Positions 7,680-15,676 of a DNA stretch of 25,609 bases are shown piece after piece. Position 1 is the stretch's first letter, and the number at the start of each line of letters is the position of its first letter. Source of the DNA: a virus (taxonomy: Duplodnaviria > Caudoviricetes); the IMG/VR virus record IMGVR_UViG_3300032226_000088, positions 1-25,609 of that record; one strand, 5' to 3'. A model generated the notes under the pieces. It saw nothing but the letters and a program-made list of their open reading frames with translations. It was not told the DNA's origin and ran no database searches. A program made the position numbers and the translations under genes.

Positions 7680-8909
7680 TTAACCTTTCCAGCTTACCCA
7701 TTCTGATTTATCCGAATTTTCAAACGATACATCCACATTGACAGGCATCGAGAAAGTAATGCCATGATAAGGATGCGTTATCCATAAAGCTTGCCTTGGT
7801 GGTTCAAACCCAAAGTTATTGCTATAGGCATATTCACAATACCCTTTTAGCGATCCGTTTACAATAAGTCTTTCTAATTGTATTAATTGGTGGAAGTGAC
7901 CGATTATCATAGTATCGTATTCCATATCAATTTGGGCGTTTCTAGACCGCTTTTTATGGTCGCCACGAATAATAGGCCCTAAAGCACCAATTACTCCGTC
8001 ACCGCCTCTAAACTGATCGCCATGCGTTAATAGGTATTTATGGTTGTAAATAGCATATAAAGCGTCAGGGCCGTCAGGTATGTGGAAAGATACTCGGCTA
8101 TCGGTTTCAAAGTGTTTAGCTAAAAATTGGTAGGTTAGCCAATCAAAAGAAGTAAAGTTGCGGCCTTTGTTTCTAATCTTATGGGTGTTACGGCCATGAT
8201 TACCGCCTACGCATGGAACAAATACTTTGCCAAAATGATCTGCCAACGTAGATATGCACCAAATTAGCACACCAAACAAGTCTATGACTACAGGCATAAT
8301 TTCTGCGTCATTCGTGGCCATCAACTCTTCATGGATGTCACCCGACACCATGTCACCGCCTAAAGCTAATACGATGCCTGGATATTTAGGATTGACCATG
8401 TGATTATTTAAAAGGTCAATAGCTACTTCAATCATTTTTTTAGCTCGTTTATGAGCTATTTTCATATTATATGAATTGACATTATTAACTTGGTTAGGAT
8501 CAACGTTTTCGCCCCAATGCCAATCCGATGCAAATAATGTAGGAACGCCTGGCGCTGATTTACTTGCACTAGGTTTAGATAGCCAGCTAGGTGGTGAAGC
8601 TTTCTTTTCAGCCATTTTAAGAATTTTAGTTTTAACATAATTCTCATTTAATACGTCACGATTGAATGAAGCTATCTGTGCTTCAAGGGTTCGTATTTTA
8701 TCTTTGAGGGCTACTTCAGGTGGGATATTGGTAAGCTGTGGTTTAGCATTTTCTACATCAGATTCCATGCCAGCTAATTTGGCTGCTCTTATTCTGCCTT
8801 GAAAACAAGCTCTTTTAAGGCCTAACATTTCTGCTGCTTTTGACTCACTTCCGTTGCATTTTTTAAAAGCTTCAACCGCCTCCAACAACTGTTCTTTTGT
8901 CAATGACAT
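7680..8909 (-). CDS. Calcineurin-like metallophosphoesterase with N-terminal HTH/coiled coil
   Basis: All five motifs are present: SDWHWG, GGDMVSG, GGNHGR, THGD and GHFH. N-terminal Fis-like SESKAAEMLGL. Confidence 0.85.
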   Translation of the reverse strand: MSLTKEQLLEAVEAFKKCNGSESKAAEMLGLKRACFQGRIRAAKLAGMESDVENAKPQLTNIPPEVALKDKIRTLEAQIASFNRDVLNENYVKTKILKMAEKKASPPSWLSKPSASKSAPGVPTLFASDWHWGENVDPNQVNNVNSYNMKIAHKRAKKMIEVAIDLLNNHMVNPKYPGIVLALGGDMVSGDIHEELMATNDAEIMPVVIDLFGVLIWCISTLADHFGKVFVPCVGGNHGRNTHKIRNKGRNFTSFDWLTYQFLAKHFETDSRVSFHIPDGPDALYAIYNHKYLLTHGDQFRGGDGVIGALGPIIRGDHKKRSRNAQIDMEYDTMIIGHFHQLIQLERLIVNGSLKGYCEYAYSNNFGFEPPRQALWITHPYHGITFSMPVNVDVSFENSDKSEWVSWKG

Positions 8910-9013
8910 ATATGAGTCCCAAATAGTAATTCAAGTGTAAAAAAAACGCCGATAAATAAACCAGCGCATCCGCCAATCATTAAAACTTTGATTACTATAT
9001 CAAATAATTTCAT
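8900..9013 (-). CDS. Small membrane protein, 37 aa (MKLFDIVIKVLMIGGCAGLFIGVFFTLELLFGTHICH)
   Basis: ATGA overlap with the upstream gene. Fills the gap in the operon. One TM helix. Confidence 0.6.
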   Translation of the reverse strand: MKLFDIVIKVLMIGGCAGLFIGVFFTLELLFGTHICH

Positions 9014-9264
9014 TTATGTTTAACTTCAATGAATTGCACGTCTTTAAGCAAGTTATTATTGCCGTCAAATATTAACTTAATATTACAATTTCTTTTTCTT
9101 TCTTTAGTGTTAGCAGATATAAAACTTGCATATCCTTTTTTGCCACGATAGACATAATAATCCAATATAACGTCAGGCTTTGGTTGTTGTAGTTTTTTTG
9201 AATCTAATACGGATTGAACATCAAATCCATTTAGCTGTTTGGCAAATAACTCAATATTGAGCAT
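9010..9264 (-). CDS. Hypothetical protein
   Basis: 84-aa ORF with GGAGG RBS, in operon orientation. Confidence 0.6.
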   Translation of the reverse strand: MLNIELFAKQLNGFDVQSVLDSKKLQQPKPDVILDYYVYRGKKGYASFISANTKERKRNCNIKLIFDGNNNLLKDVQFIEVKHK

Positions 9265-9640
9265 ATTTTGTTTCCTCCTGTTTATAAAAAATCATGCGTG
9301 ACCATTTAACAGTCTTTTTAAGTTTGAACCATGATTGAGGTTTGGTGATTGAATCATCGTGAAAGTTAGTTGCGCCATAAGAATAGTCAGGCTCTAACTT
9401 GTGCATAATGCGATATGCAAGATCAAGAAAGTGAGGTTTAATTTCTTTACGTTCAGGTGGTTTTACTTTTCCATACCAAGTAAATTGATAAGGTTTTTTC
9501 ATTTCAATACACACCTGTTTTGGATCAAAGTCGGCTCTTCTCATTAATACATAGCCAACTCCTATTTGTGCTTCTTTGCGTTCTAGACTGCTTTCCATGT
9601 AAATGGTTTGCGCTAGACATAGCAAGGCTTGGTCGATCAT
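9251..9640 (-). CDS. Cell wall hydrolase, SleB/Hydrolase_2 family
   Basis: CLAQTIYMES (catalytic Glu), VGYVLMRR, YQFTW and GATNFH motifs. Likely start MIDQ at 9640 after a G-rich RBS. Confidence 0.8.
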   Translation of the reverse strand: MIDQALLCLAQTIYMESSLERKEAQIGVGYVLMRRADFDPKQVCIEMKKPYQFTWYGKVKPPERKEIKPHFLDLAYRIMHKLEPDYSYGATNFHDDSITKPQSWFKLKKTVKWSRMIFYKQEETKYAQY

Positions 9641-9671
9641 AAATGACCCCCCTGTGTTATTGCCAACTTGT

Positions 9672-9680
9672 ATTATAACA
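9672..9680 (-). promoter_or_regulatory. Candidate internal extended -10 promoter (TGtTATAAT)
   Basis: Perfect TGnTATAAT on the minus strand in the gap upstream of the hydrolase RBS. Confidence 0.5.
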
Positions 9681-9688
9681 TTTTTCAT

Positions 9689-10321
9689 TTAAACTCGGTT
9701 TTCCATGAGTTTTGTTTCATGTGCAACCTCTTCAAGAAAAGTTTTAATTTCTTTTTCCATTTCATCAATGAAAGATGCGTCACGTTGTAACCTAGCTATA
9801 AAGTATTGACTACCTTCAGGCATACGACTGTCAAAAGAAAAGAAATCGCACCATTCAGCACCTGTGCAAGCCATTTGAGCCATCATTTGAATTTTATATT
9901 TAGTTGGTGGTTCACCAGCTTTGATATAAGCCCAATGCGTAGCGCTATTAGGATTCTTGATTTCCAAAAGGTTATATGTGCCGTCATTGTTTCTAATGAT
10001 GCCGTCAGGTGAGCAGCCAAACCATTCAATTGTTTTATGCTTTACAAAAGGAAGTTCCTCAACAAAAGTTTTAGTAATTTGTTGATATTTTTCTCGTGCT
10101 TTAGGTTCTTCTTCTGTGCCACGAATCATTGCGTCATTTTTAAATGTTTCCTCAATAACGCCTGTGACTCTTTGAATAGCCAGCTCAATTAAATAATTTT
10201 GCCGACTAGCGCTTGGGCCTGTTTTGGTTTTAGCCATAATATCTGCAACCTTTGAAGCTGTAACATGACCTTTACGCAGCTCTAACCATTCAGGTGTTCC
10301 CTGTAAAATAATGTCACTCAT
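9689..10321 (-). CDS. YqaJ-like / lambda Exo family 5'-3' exonuclease
   Basis: QGTPEWLELRKG.VTAS, AM.RG.EEEP.AR, GCSPDG, LLEIKNP and QM.AQMAC motifs. Confidence 0.92.
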   Translation of the reverse strand: MSDIILQGTPEWLELRKGHVTASKVADIMAKTKTGPSASRQNYLIELAIQRVTGVIEETFKNDAMIRGTEEEPKAREKYQQITKTFVEELPFVKHKTIEWFGCSPDGIIRNNDGTYNLLEIKNPNSATHWAYIKAGEPPTKYKIQMMAQMACTGAEWCDFFSFDSRMPEGSQYFIARLQRDASFIDEMEKEIKTFLEEVAHETKLMENRV

Positions 10322-10535
10322 TGTCAGAACCCTCCAACTTATATTCAGCTACTACGCAAACTTCTTTAAATCTATTCTTAACTTTTTTGTTTGCAGTTGT
10401 TATGGCGTAACCTTTTTTGCGTAAATTAAAAACAGTATCGGCTAATCTATAAATTCCTAATTGAGTCCATGCTTTTAATGGATCAATCTTGCCATGCTTT
10501 TCTAAATACTCTGTTAAACGTTCTTGCTGATTCAT
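10314..10535 (-). CDS. Small winged helix-turn-helix protein
   Basis: Q.ERL..YL...G.I.PL.A...LGIYRLA..VFNLRKKGY.I.T pattern. Likely start MNQQ at 10535 (GGAGG RBS). Confidence 0.7.
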   Translation of the reverse strand: MNQQERLTEYLEKHGKIDPLKAWTQLGIYRLADTVFNLRKKGYAITTANKKVKNRFKEVCVVAEYKLEGSDNE

Positions 10536-10536
10536 A

Positions 10537-11067
10537 CTATGCCTCCAATTCATTTTTACGATCAGTTAAATAAGTCTTTAATTTTCCTAAAGACACCTTG
10601 TCAAACTTTGTTGAAGCTTCTTTGTAGATACCCATTAATTCATCAACGGAATCTGCTTTGTTTATTTCTTTGATAACGTTTTCAATATCATTTTGTGAAG
10701 CTGGCTCTTCTTCAGGCAAATCAGACCCACTATAAATATATAAACCAATACCAAAACAAGCAATACATTTTGCAAGACATCTCATAGCGCTATCTGAAAT
10801 TTTACGAGAATCAGGATTTTTAATAGCTTGATTACGATGATCCATAACAGGTAGTTGCATTTTCATAGTTTTACCAAGAGCTGTAACATTGCAATAGACC
10901 ATCATAGTATCGTTGTAAGTTTTTGGTTCAGGAAATTCCCATGTTGCCATAGGGTCGTGTTGAAGTAATGTATCAACGGCATAACTCCAAGAAAGATAGG
11001 TTAGTGATCCTTTTTTGTCCGTATGCTCATTAACATTAATTTTTCTTAATTCATTATATGTAGTCAT
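10537..11067 (-). CDS. Single-strand annealing protein, Sak3/DUF1071 (Rad52-like)
   Basis: INVNEH..KKG.LTYLSWS.A, LPVMDHRN and MRCLAK.IA.FGIGLYIY motifs. Paired with the exonuclease. Confidence 0.85.
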   Translation of the reverse strand: MTTYNELRKINVNEHTDKKGSLTYLSWSYAVDTLLQHDPMATWEFPEPKTYNDTMMVYCNVTALGKTMKMQLPVMDHRNQAIKNPDSRKISDSAMRCLAKCIACFGIGLYIYSGSDLPEEEPASQNDIENVIKEINKADSVDELMGIYKEASTKFDKVSLGKLKTYLTDRKNELEA

Positions 11068-11153
11068 TTAATGCCTTTCGCTAGTTGAAGTGATTTTCTA
11101 AAGGTAAAGCCTTTGCAATATAAAAAAATAACATTTCGGATGTATTTAATCAT
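11064..11153 (-). CDS. 29-aa basic peptide (MIKYIRNVIFLYCKGFTFRKSLQLAKGIK)
   Basis: TAATG overlap with the upstream stop and ATGA overlap with the downstream start, so it tiles the gap exactly. Confidence 0.6.
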   Translation of the reverse strand: MIKYIRNVIFLYCKGFTFRKSLQLAKGIK

Positions 11154-11437
11154 TATATGAAGTCCCTATGTGAGTGGCCCATGTCATACATTTCGTCAAA
11201 AGGGCCTTGATAGACGTTAGCCTCTTGGAACTTTTTTTCTGTAATATCCATCGCCTTCTCAAAGAAAGCATTACTTAATGACTTGGCAAATATATTGACG
11301 CTTATCATATCGCCACGCTGATTAGCCCAATATAAAGCACGAATCGTGCCAGCTATCTGATCTGTATCCATTGAGTTAAAAACTTCTAATGGATCGGTGT
11401 CAATTAAATCTTCTGCAAATTCTTGATGAATAGTCAT
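11153..11437 (-). CDS. Acidic hypothetical early protein
   Basis: Likely start MTIHQ at 11437 with GGAG RBS, rather than the track start at 11497. Confidence 0.6.
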   Translation of the reverse strand: MTIHQEFAEDLIDTDPLEVFNSMDTDQIAGTIRALYWANQRGDMISVNIFAKSLSNAFFEKAMDITEKKFQEANVYQGPFDEMYDMGHSHRDFI

Positions 11438-11438
11438 A

Positions 11439-11543
11439 TTAAGCTCCAAGATGTTTAAAAAGGATTGGGTAAAGAATGTAGAGCCAAAGCGCTCCATATA
11501 GATATACTGCTAGAACCGTAACGATCATGCCTTTTGTTTTCAT
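11439..11543 (-). CDS. Small membrane protein, 34 aa (MKTKGMIVTVLAVYLYGALWLYILYPILFKHLGA), first gene of the leftward operon
   Basis: Strong GGAGG RBS, basic N-terminus and one TM helix. Confidence 0.65.
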   Translation of the reverse strand: MKTKGMIVTVLAVYLYGALWLYILYPILFKHLGA

Positions 11544-11572
11544 AATTTCCTCCATAAAATTAAAAACTACAC

Positions 11573-11601
11573 TTGCAGAATAACAAATTGTTAGATATAG
11601 T
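11573..11601 (+). promoter_or_regulatory. Rightward early promoter (PR-like) TTGCAG-N17-TATAGT
   Basis: Sigma70-like hexamers at 11573-11578 and 11596-11601, upstream of cro. Confidence 0.65.
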
Positions 11602-11604
11602 CAA
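11577..11604 (-). promoter_or_regulatory. Leftward early promoter (PL-like) TTGACT-N16-TATTCT with extended TG
   Basis: Minus-strand hexamers at 11604-11599 and 11582-11577. Overlaps the rightward promoter. Confidence 0.6.
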
Positions 11605-11625
11605 GCAAAATATAACAAATTGTTA
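11581..11625. promoter_or_regulatory. Two identical palindromic operators TAACAA-A-TTGTTA (11581-11593 and 11613-11625)
   Basis: Exact 13-bp repeats 32 bp apart. The first lies in the spacer shared by both promoters. Confidence 0.8.
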
Positions 11626-11650
11626 AATATTTTAATAAAAGGGCAAAAAG

Positions 11651-11827
11651 ATGAAAGATAGCGAAATTATCGAGTTTTACGGAGGTTCAAAGGCTTTATG
11701 CAAGCTTTTAGGCCTGGAAGGTCAACATTCTGAAATAAGGGTGCATCAATGGAAAAAACGAGGGATTCCCGCCGCTGTTAAGCTGAAATACCCTGAAATC
11801 TTCCTAAAACGCAAATTTAAAGAATAG
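11651..11827 (+). CDS. cro: Cro-like HTH repressor, 58 aa (MKDSEIIEFYGGSKALCKLLGL...RVHQWKKRGIP...)
   Basis: II..YGG..AL..LLG.....V.QW..RGIP is the P22/N15 Cro-type pattern. First gene after the rightward promoter. Missing from the ORF track. Confidence 0.8.
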   Translation: MKDSEIIEFYGGSKALCKLLGLEGQHSEIRVHQWKKRGIPAAVKLKYPEIFLKRKFKE

Positions 11828-11834
11828 AGGCTAT

Positions 11835-12476
11835 ATGCACTACTTTCAGCACAATATAGCCGATTACCGAAAAGACACCGCTCATCTAACTTTACTTGAG
11901 CATGGCGTTTATAGGCAACTGCTAGATCAGTATTACCTAAACGAGAAACCTTTGCCTTTAGATCAGGATAAATTAATGCGGTTACTCTGTGCCAGGTCAG
12001 AAGGCGAAATAAGGGCAGTTTTAAGCGTTTTGGGCGACTTTTTTGAGAAAACCGATGAAGGATACATCCATAAACGATGTATGGCTGAAATTGAGGCATT
12101 TCAATCTAAACAGGTAAAAGCGGTTGCAGCAGCAAATAAAAGGTGGAATAATGCAGACGCAATGCCAACGCATAGCGAACCCAATGCTAACCATAAACCA
12201 ATAACCATTAACCATAAACCATTAACCAATATAAAACCATTGTCCGATTTTGATACATTTTGGAATGAATATCCAAAAAAGGTTGGTAAAGAAGCGGCTA
12301 GAAAAGCTTGGTATAAAAATAAACCTGATTTGGATACAGCTCTTAATTCACTAAAATGGCAAAAGGTGAGTCCGCAATGGTTTAAGAACAATGGCCTATA
12401 CATACCTAATCCTAGCACTTGGATAAATCAACATCGGTGGGAAGATGAGAAACCAAACGAAGGGAGTCCGTTTTGA
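11835..12476 (+). CDS. Replication initiator, YdaU/DUF1376 family (O-like)
   Basis: MHYFQHNIADY..DT.HL..LEHGVYR.LLD.YY N-terminus and FDTFW..YPKK.GK...PNPSTWINQ.RWEDE C-terminal domain. Confidence 0.85.
   Translation: MHYFQHNIADYRKDTAHLTLLEHGVYRQLLDQYYLNEKPLPLDQDKLMRLLCARSEGEIRAVLSVLGDFFEKTDEGYIHKRCMAEIEAFQSKQVKAVAAANKRWNNADAMPTHSEPNANHKPITINHKPLTNIKPLSDFDTFWNEYPKKVGKEAARKAWYKNKPDLDTALNSLKWQKVSPQWFKNNGLYIPNPSTWINQHRWEDEKPNEGSPF
12189..12230 (+). repeat. Six tandem 7-bp repeats AACCAWW, candidate origin iterons
   Basis: aaccata-aaccaat-aaccatt-aaccata-aaccatt-aaccaat in the linker of the initiator gene, the position of lambdoid origins. Confidence 0.7.
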
Positions 12477-12910
12477 TAGAAACAGTTGAAGAAATGAAAG
12501 CATTTAAATCTATGCTTAATAGTTTGACATCTATTTATTCTAGACCTGAACTTGATAGAGAAACTTTAAGAGTTTGGTGGATGAAGTTAGATGAATACGA
12601 TTTTAATGTTGTAAGCAAAGCTTTTGATAGCTGGGTTGATAAGAATAAATTTATGCCAACAATATTTGACATAGTTTCTTTATGTAAATTATCCAAGCCT
12701 AAAGAATATATAAAAATGCTTCCTAGAAATCCAACGCCTTATCAAATTGAACATAACAAAGAAAAGGCAAAGGAACTAATGGCAAAGGTAGTATTGAAAC
12801 CAACTGATCCTAAAGCTTGGGCTAAAAGAATATTAGAACGTCAAGCAAAAGGTGAATACAGATTTGAGCTTGGAGTTAAGTTTGCTAGGGAAGCATTAAG
12901 AGTTAAATGA
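12473..12910 (+). CDS. Replication protein P-like / helicase loader-inhibitor
   Basis: Follows the initiator. WW..L..Y....V..AF..W.....FMPT..DI pattern. TTG start in an overlap. Confidence 0.6.
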   Translation: MIETVEEMKAFKSMLNSLTSIYSRPELDRETLRVWWMKLDEYDFNVVSKAFDSWVDKNKFMPTIFDIVSLCKLSKPKEYIKMLPRNPTPYQIEHNKEKAKELMAKVVLKPTDPKAWAKRILERQAKGEYRFELGVKFAREALRVK

Positions 12911-13092
12911 ATTGTGAGTATTGCAATAAAAATCGTGGCCGCTTTAATTTTAATAACGAGTGTTGTTGGGTGCGTTGGCTACGAAGCGCCTTTAAACCAC
13001 ACGCAAGGTCAATGCTAGAACGGTATGAAAAGAAACATGGTCGAGCATCGATGTTAGAACTTATCAGAAAGGTGAAACATGAAACGCTTTAG
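12907..13092 (+). CDS. Small Cys-rich hypothetical protein
   Basis: CEYC...ECC motif, ATGA-coupled. Confidence 0.55.
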   Translation: MNCEYCNKNRGRFNFNNECCWVRWLRSAFKPHARSMLERYEKKHGRASMLELIRKVKHETL

Positions 13093-13363
13093 TGTAATTA
13101 TTGAAGTTGAAATAGACGAGAAGAAATATAATGAAGTTGAATCATGGGGTGTAGAGCCTTCTGATTATGTTTGCTCTGTTATTGCGGATCATGCAAAAGA
13201 CAGAGGCTTTCTTATGAAAACTTCTGTGACGGAAGTGGAGCGCAGTCTATACAATAGATTAAGAATTGCAGCCGATGACTTTATTGGCAAAGATGCAATT
13301 GCAGATATTGAAGAAGCTGCATTAGCAAACGCAAGATGTTTAAATGGTAAATGCGAGGATTAA
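13079..13363 (+). CDS. Hypothetical protein
   Basis: 94-aa ORF in operon, AAGGTG RBS. Confidence 0.6.
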   Translation: MKRFSVIIEVEIDEKKYNEVESWGVEPSDYVCSVIADHAKDRGFLMKTSVTEVERSLYNRLRIAADDFIGKDAIADIEEAALANARCLNGKCED

Positions 13364-13533
13364 TGTTTAATTATTTAATTATTGATGACTTTGGTGAAGC
13401 AATACGAAAGTTTAGAACAAAACATGAAGCTTTGTTTTATGTTTTAAATAAACCCAATCACGTTATTAAACGTTTACCAAAAGCACCAAAAGAAAATGTA
13501 TTTGATTTAATTAAAGCAGAACCGTTATTTTAG
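13363..13533 (+). CDS. Hypothetical protein
   Basis: Likely start MFNYL at 13363 (TAATG overlap, GAGG RBS). Confidence 0.55.
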   Translation: MFNYLIIDDFGEAIRKFRTKHEALFYVLNKPNHVIKRLPKAPKENVFDLIKAEPLF

Positions 13534-13541
13534 GAGGTGTT

Positions 13542-13706
13542 ATGGCACACGAAGCAGGAAAAGGCGATATGTATAGATCAGTTGATCAAAAAAAGTTTGA
13601 TGAAAACTTTGAGCGCATATTTGGAGTTAAAGAGAAAAAAATTGACTACATATATGAATTACATCCATCAACAGGTGAGGTTATAAAAAAATATGTTACT
13701 AAATAG
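13542..13706 (+). CDS. Small phage protein, 54 aa (MAHEAGKGDMYRSVDQKKFDENFERIFG...)
   Basis: AGGAGGT RBS. The GKG..R.....F..N..RIF motif recurs in phage small proteins. Not in the track. Confidence 0.7.
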   Translation: MAHEAGKGDMYRSVDQKKFDENFERIFGVKEKKIDYIYELHPSTGEVIKKYVTK

Positions 13707-13869
13707 CTTTTACGGAACTAATCTTCCTATTACCACAAAAGATATTGAGTTTGTAGAAAAAAGAAATATTAAAGTTCAAGAATTAAAAAGACAAATGGGT
13801 AATAAATATATATTATCTAATGTCATATCAATTCACAACAGAGGAGAGCAGCATGGCATCAGTAAATAA
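13693..13869 (+). CDS. Hypothetical protein, 58 aa ([12 protein letters not shown]...MGNKYILSN...)
   Basis: Tiles the gap before ssb. GAGG upstream. Confidence 0.5.
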   Translation: MLLNSFYGTNLPITTKDIEFVEKRNIKVQELKRQMGNKYILSNVISIHNRGEQHGISK

Positions 13870-14257
13870 AGTAATCGTATTAGGCAATCTTGGTAAAGAC
13901 CCTGAGTTAAGACATTTACCAAATGGTGACGCAGTTTGTAATTTTAGTTTGGCTACAACTGAATCATGGAAAGACAAAGAAGGAAATAAGCAAGACAAGA
14001 CCGAGTGGCATAATGTGGTTATATTTAGAAAGCTTGCAGAGATAGCAGGTGAGTATTTAAAAAAAGGCCGCCCTGTGTATATTGAAGGCCGACTTCAAAC
14101 TCGTAAATGGCAAGACAAAGAAGGAAAGGATCGTTACACCACAGAAATCGTTGCAGACCAAATGCAAATGTTAGGCAGTCGTGAAGAAGCAAAAGAAGTT
14201 GCTAAAACACCTGCGCCAGCTAACTTTGATGACATGGAATCAGACATTCCTTTTTAA
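13853..14257 (+). CDS. ssb: Single-stranded DNA-binding protein
   Basis: [18 protein letters not shown]...TEWH...EGRLQTRKW...DIPF. The true start is 13853, after a GAGGAG RBS. Confidence 0.97.
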   Translation: MASVNKVIVLGNLGKDPELRHLPNGDAVCNFSLATTESWKDKEGNKQDKTEWHNVVIFRKLAEIAGEYLKKGRPVYIEGRLQTRKWQDKEGKDRYTTEIVADQMQMLGSREEAKEVAKTPAPANFDDMESDIPF

Positions 14258-14260
14258 ATT

Positions 14261-14464
14261 ATGCAAGATGATTTTGACAGAGCCAGCGATTTAGAACAAC
14301 ACGATAGAGATGAAGCTATTAAACATATTAGAGATCATCAAAAAACTATTGAATCAAACGGCTCTTGTCTAAATTGTCACGAACCTTCTATTAAACGCTT
14401 TTGCGATATAGATTGTCGCAATGATTACGAGAAACGACACCATGAGAACAGATTACTTACCTAA
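14261..14464 (+). CDS. TraR/DksA-like zinc-finger protein
   Basis: N-terminal D-x-x-D-x-A (DDFDRA) helix and CLNC-x8-CDIDC zinc finger. Confidence 0.6.
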   Translation: MQDDFDRASDLEQHDRDEAIKHIRDHQKTIESNGSCLNCHEPSIKRFCDIDCRNDYEKRHHENRLLT

Positions 14465-14903
14465 AGTTATTAGACTTGTAGGAAAGCTGCAAGCCGACAC
14501 AGCCATAAGCGCAATACAAAATGCACCAATAGATATTGAACGGCCACTTGAGGTTATTATTCGTGAAGAACAAAAAAGCAGATCATTAAGCGCTAATGCT
14601 TTGATGTGGGCAGGCCCATTAAACGATATAGCTACACAAGCATGGGTGCATGGCAAACAATATTCAGCTTTGATATGGCACGAATACTTTAAAGAAAAAT
14701 TCTTGCCTGACTTTCCTGACCCTAAACAAGTTAAAGAAGGTTACATGAAATATGAAGAAACGCCTGACGGCAGACGAGTGCTAACAGGATCAACCAATAA
14801 ACTTACCAAGCATGGCTTTAGTTTATACATGGAACAAATATATGCTTACGGTGCAGAATTGGGAGTAAGATTTAGTGAAGCCGATCAAGCCCAAAAAGTG
14901 TAA
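14442..14903 (+). CDS. ninB: NinB/Orf-family recombination protein
   Basis: RSLSANALMW...L.DIA.Q, WHEYFK and STNKLTK..FS.YMEQIYAYGAELGVRF motifs. Confidence 0.8.
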   Translation: MRTDYLPKVIRLVGKLQADTAISAIQNAPIDIERPLEVIIREEQKSRSLSANALMWAGPLNDIATQAWVHGKQYSALIWHEYFKEKFLPDFPDPKQVKEGYMKYEETPDGRRVLTGSTNKLTKHGFSLYMEQIYAYGAELGVRFSEADQAQKV

Positions 14904-15411
14904 GGTTTGCAAGGTAGAATTTACGCCAAACAAACCGCTTCAACAAGTATGTGGGTTTGAATGTGCATTAGAGTTAGCTAAAGACAAAAGAATTAAAACC
15001 GTTAAAAAAGAAGTTAAAGAAGCCAAGTTAAAACTAAAGAGCCGATCCGATTGGTTAAAAGATACACAAGTTACATTTAATAAATATATTAGGTTAAGGG
15101 ATCAAGATGACGGTTGTATTAGTTGTGGGTCAAAGAGTGCCTTCTCATATCATGCAGGCCATTACAGAAGCATTGGAAGTGCAGGACACCTTCGATTTAA
15201 CGAGCTTAACTGTCACCGACAATGCTCGGCCTGTAACACCCATTTATCTGGTAATCTCATCCGATACAGAAGCGGACTTATTAGAAAAATTGGAATACAC
15301 GCTGTTGAAGCACTCGAATCTGATAACGACACAATAAAGATTGGTATAGAAGAAATAAAGCTACTCAAGGCTCATTTTTCTGCTAAAATAAAAGCTCACG
15401 AGTCTAAATAG
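14875..15411 (+). CDS. ninG: NinG/Rap endonuclease
   Basis: KCKVC..F.P....Q.VC...CA, FNKYIRLRD..CISCG, HAGHYRS.G...LRFNE.NCHRQC..CN motifs. Confidence 0.92.
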   Translation: MKPIKPKKCKVCKVEFTPNKPLQQVCGFECALELAKDKRIKTVKKEVKEAKLKLKSRSDWLKDTQVTFNKYIRLRDQDDGCISCGSKSAFSYHAGHYRSIGSAGHLRFNELNCHRQCSACNTHLSGNLIRYRSGLIRKIGIHAVEALESDNDTIKIGIEEIKLLKAHFSAKIKAHESK

Positions 15412-15418
15412 CTTGTGA

Positions 15419-15434
15419 AAATTTAGCTAAATTT
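15419..15434. promoter_or_regulatory. Perfect 16-bp palindrome AAATTTAGCTAAATTT at the early/late boundary
   Basis: Read directly in the 46-bp gap after ninG. Function is inferred only. Confidence 0.45.
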
Positions 15435-15457
15435 AAGATTAAAATAAGGAACATATC

Positions 15458-15676
15458 ATGGGTATGAAAGATAAAGAAAAATATACACCAGGTGCATCAG
15501 GTGAGAAAATGCCTAAAGGCGTTTTAGCTTCTGATAAAACAGGTGAAAGAAAAGAATCAGTAAAAGGTGGCGTTGGTATGGGTATGAAAGACGCTGTTGG
15601 TGCTGATAAGCTATTCAAAGGTGGTAGCTCAGAAAAAGTTTGCTACGATCACAAAAGAAATACTTACGCTAAATAA
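15458..15676 (+). CDS. Small Lys/Gly-rich hypothetical protein
   Basis: 72 aa, AAGGA RBS, internal repeat MGMKD. Confidence 0.65.
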   Translation: MGMKDKEKYTPGASGEKMPKGVLASDKTGERKESVKGGVGMGMKDAVGADKLFKGGSSEKVCYDHKRNTYAK

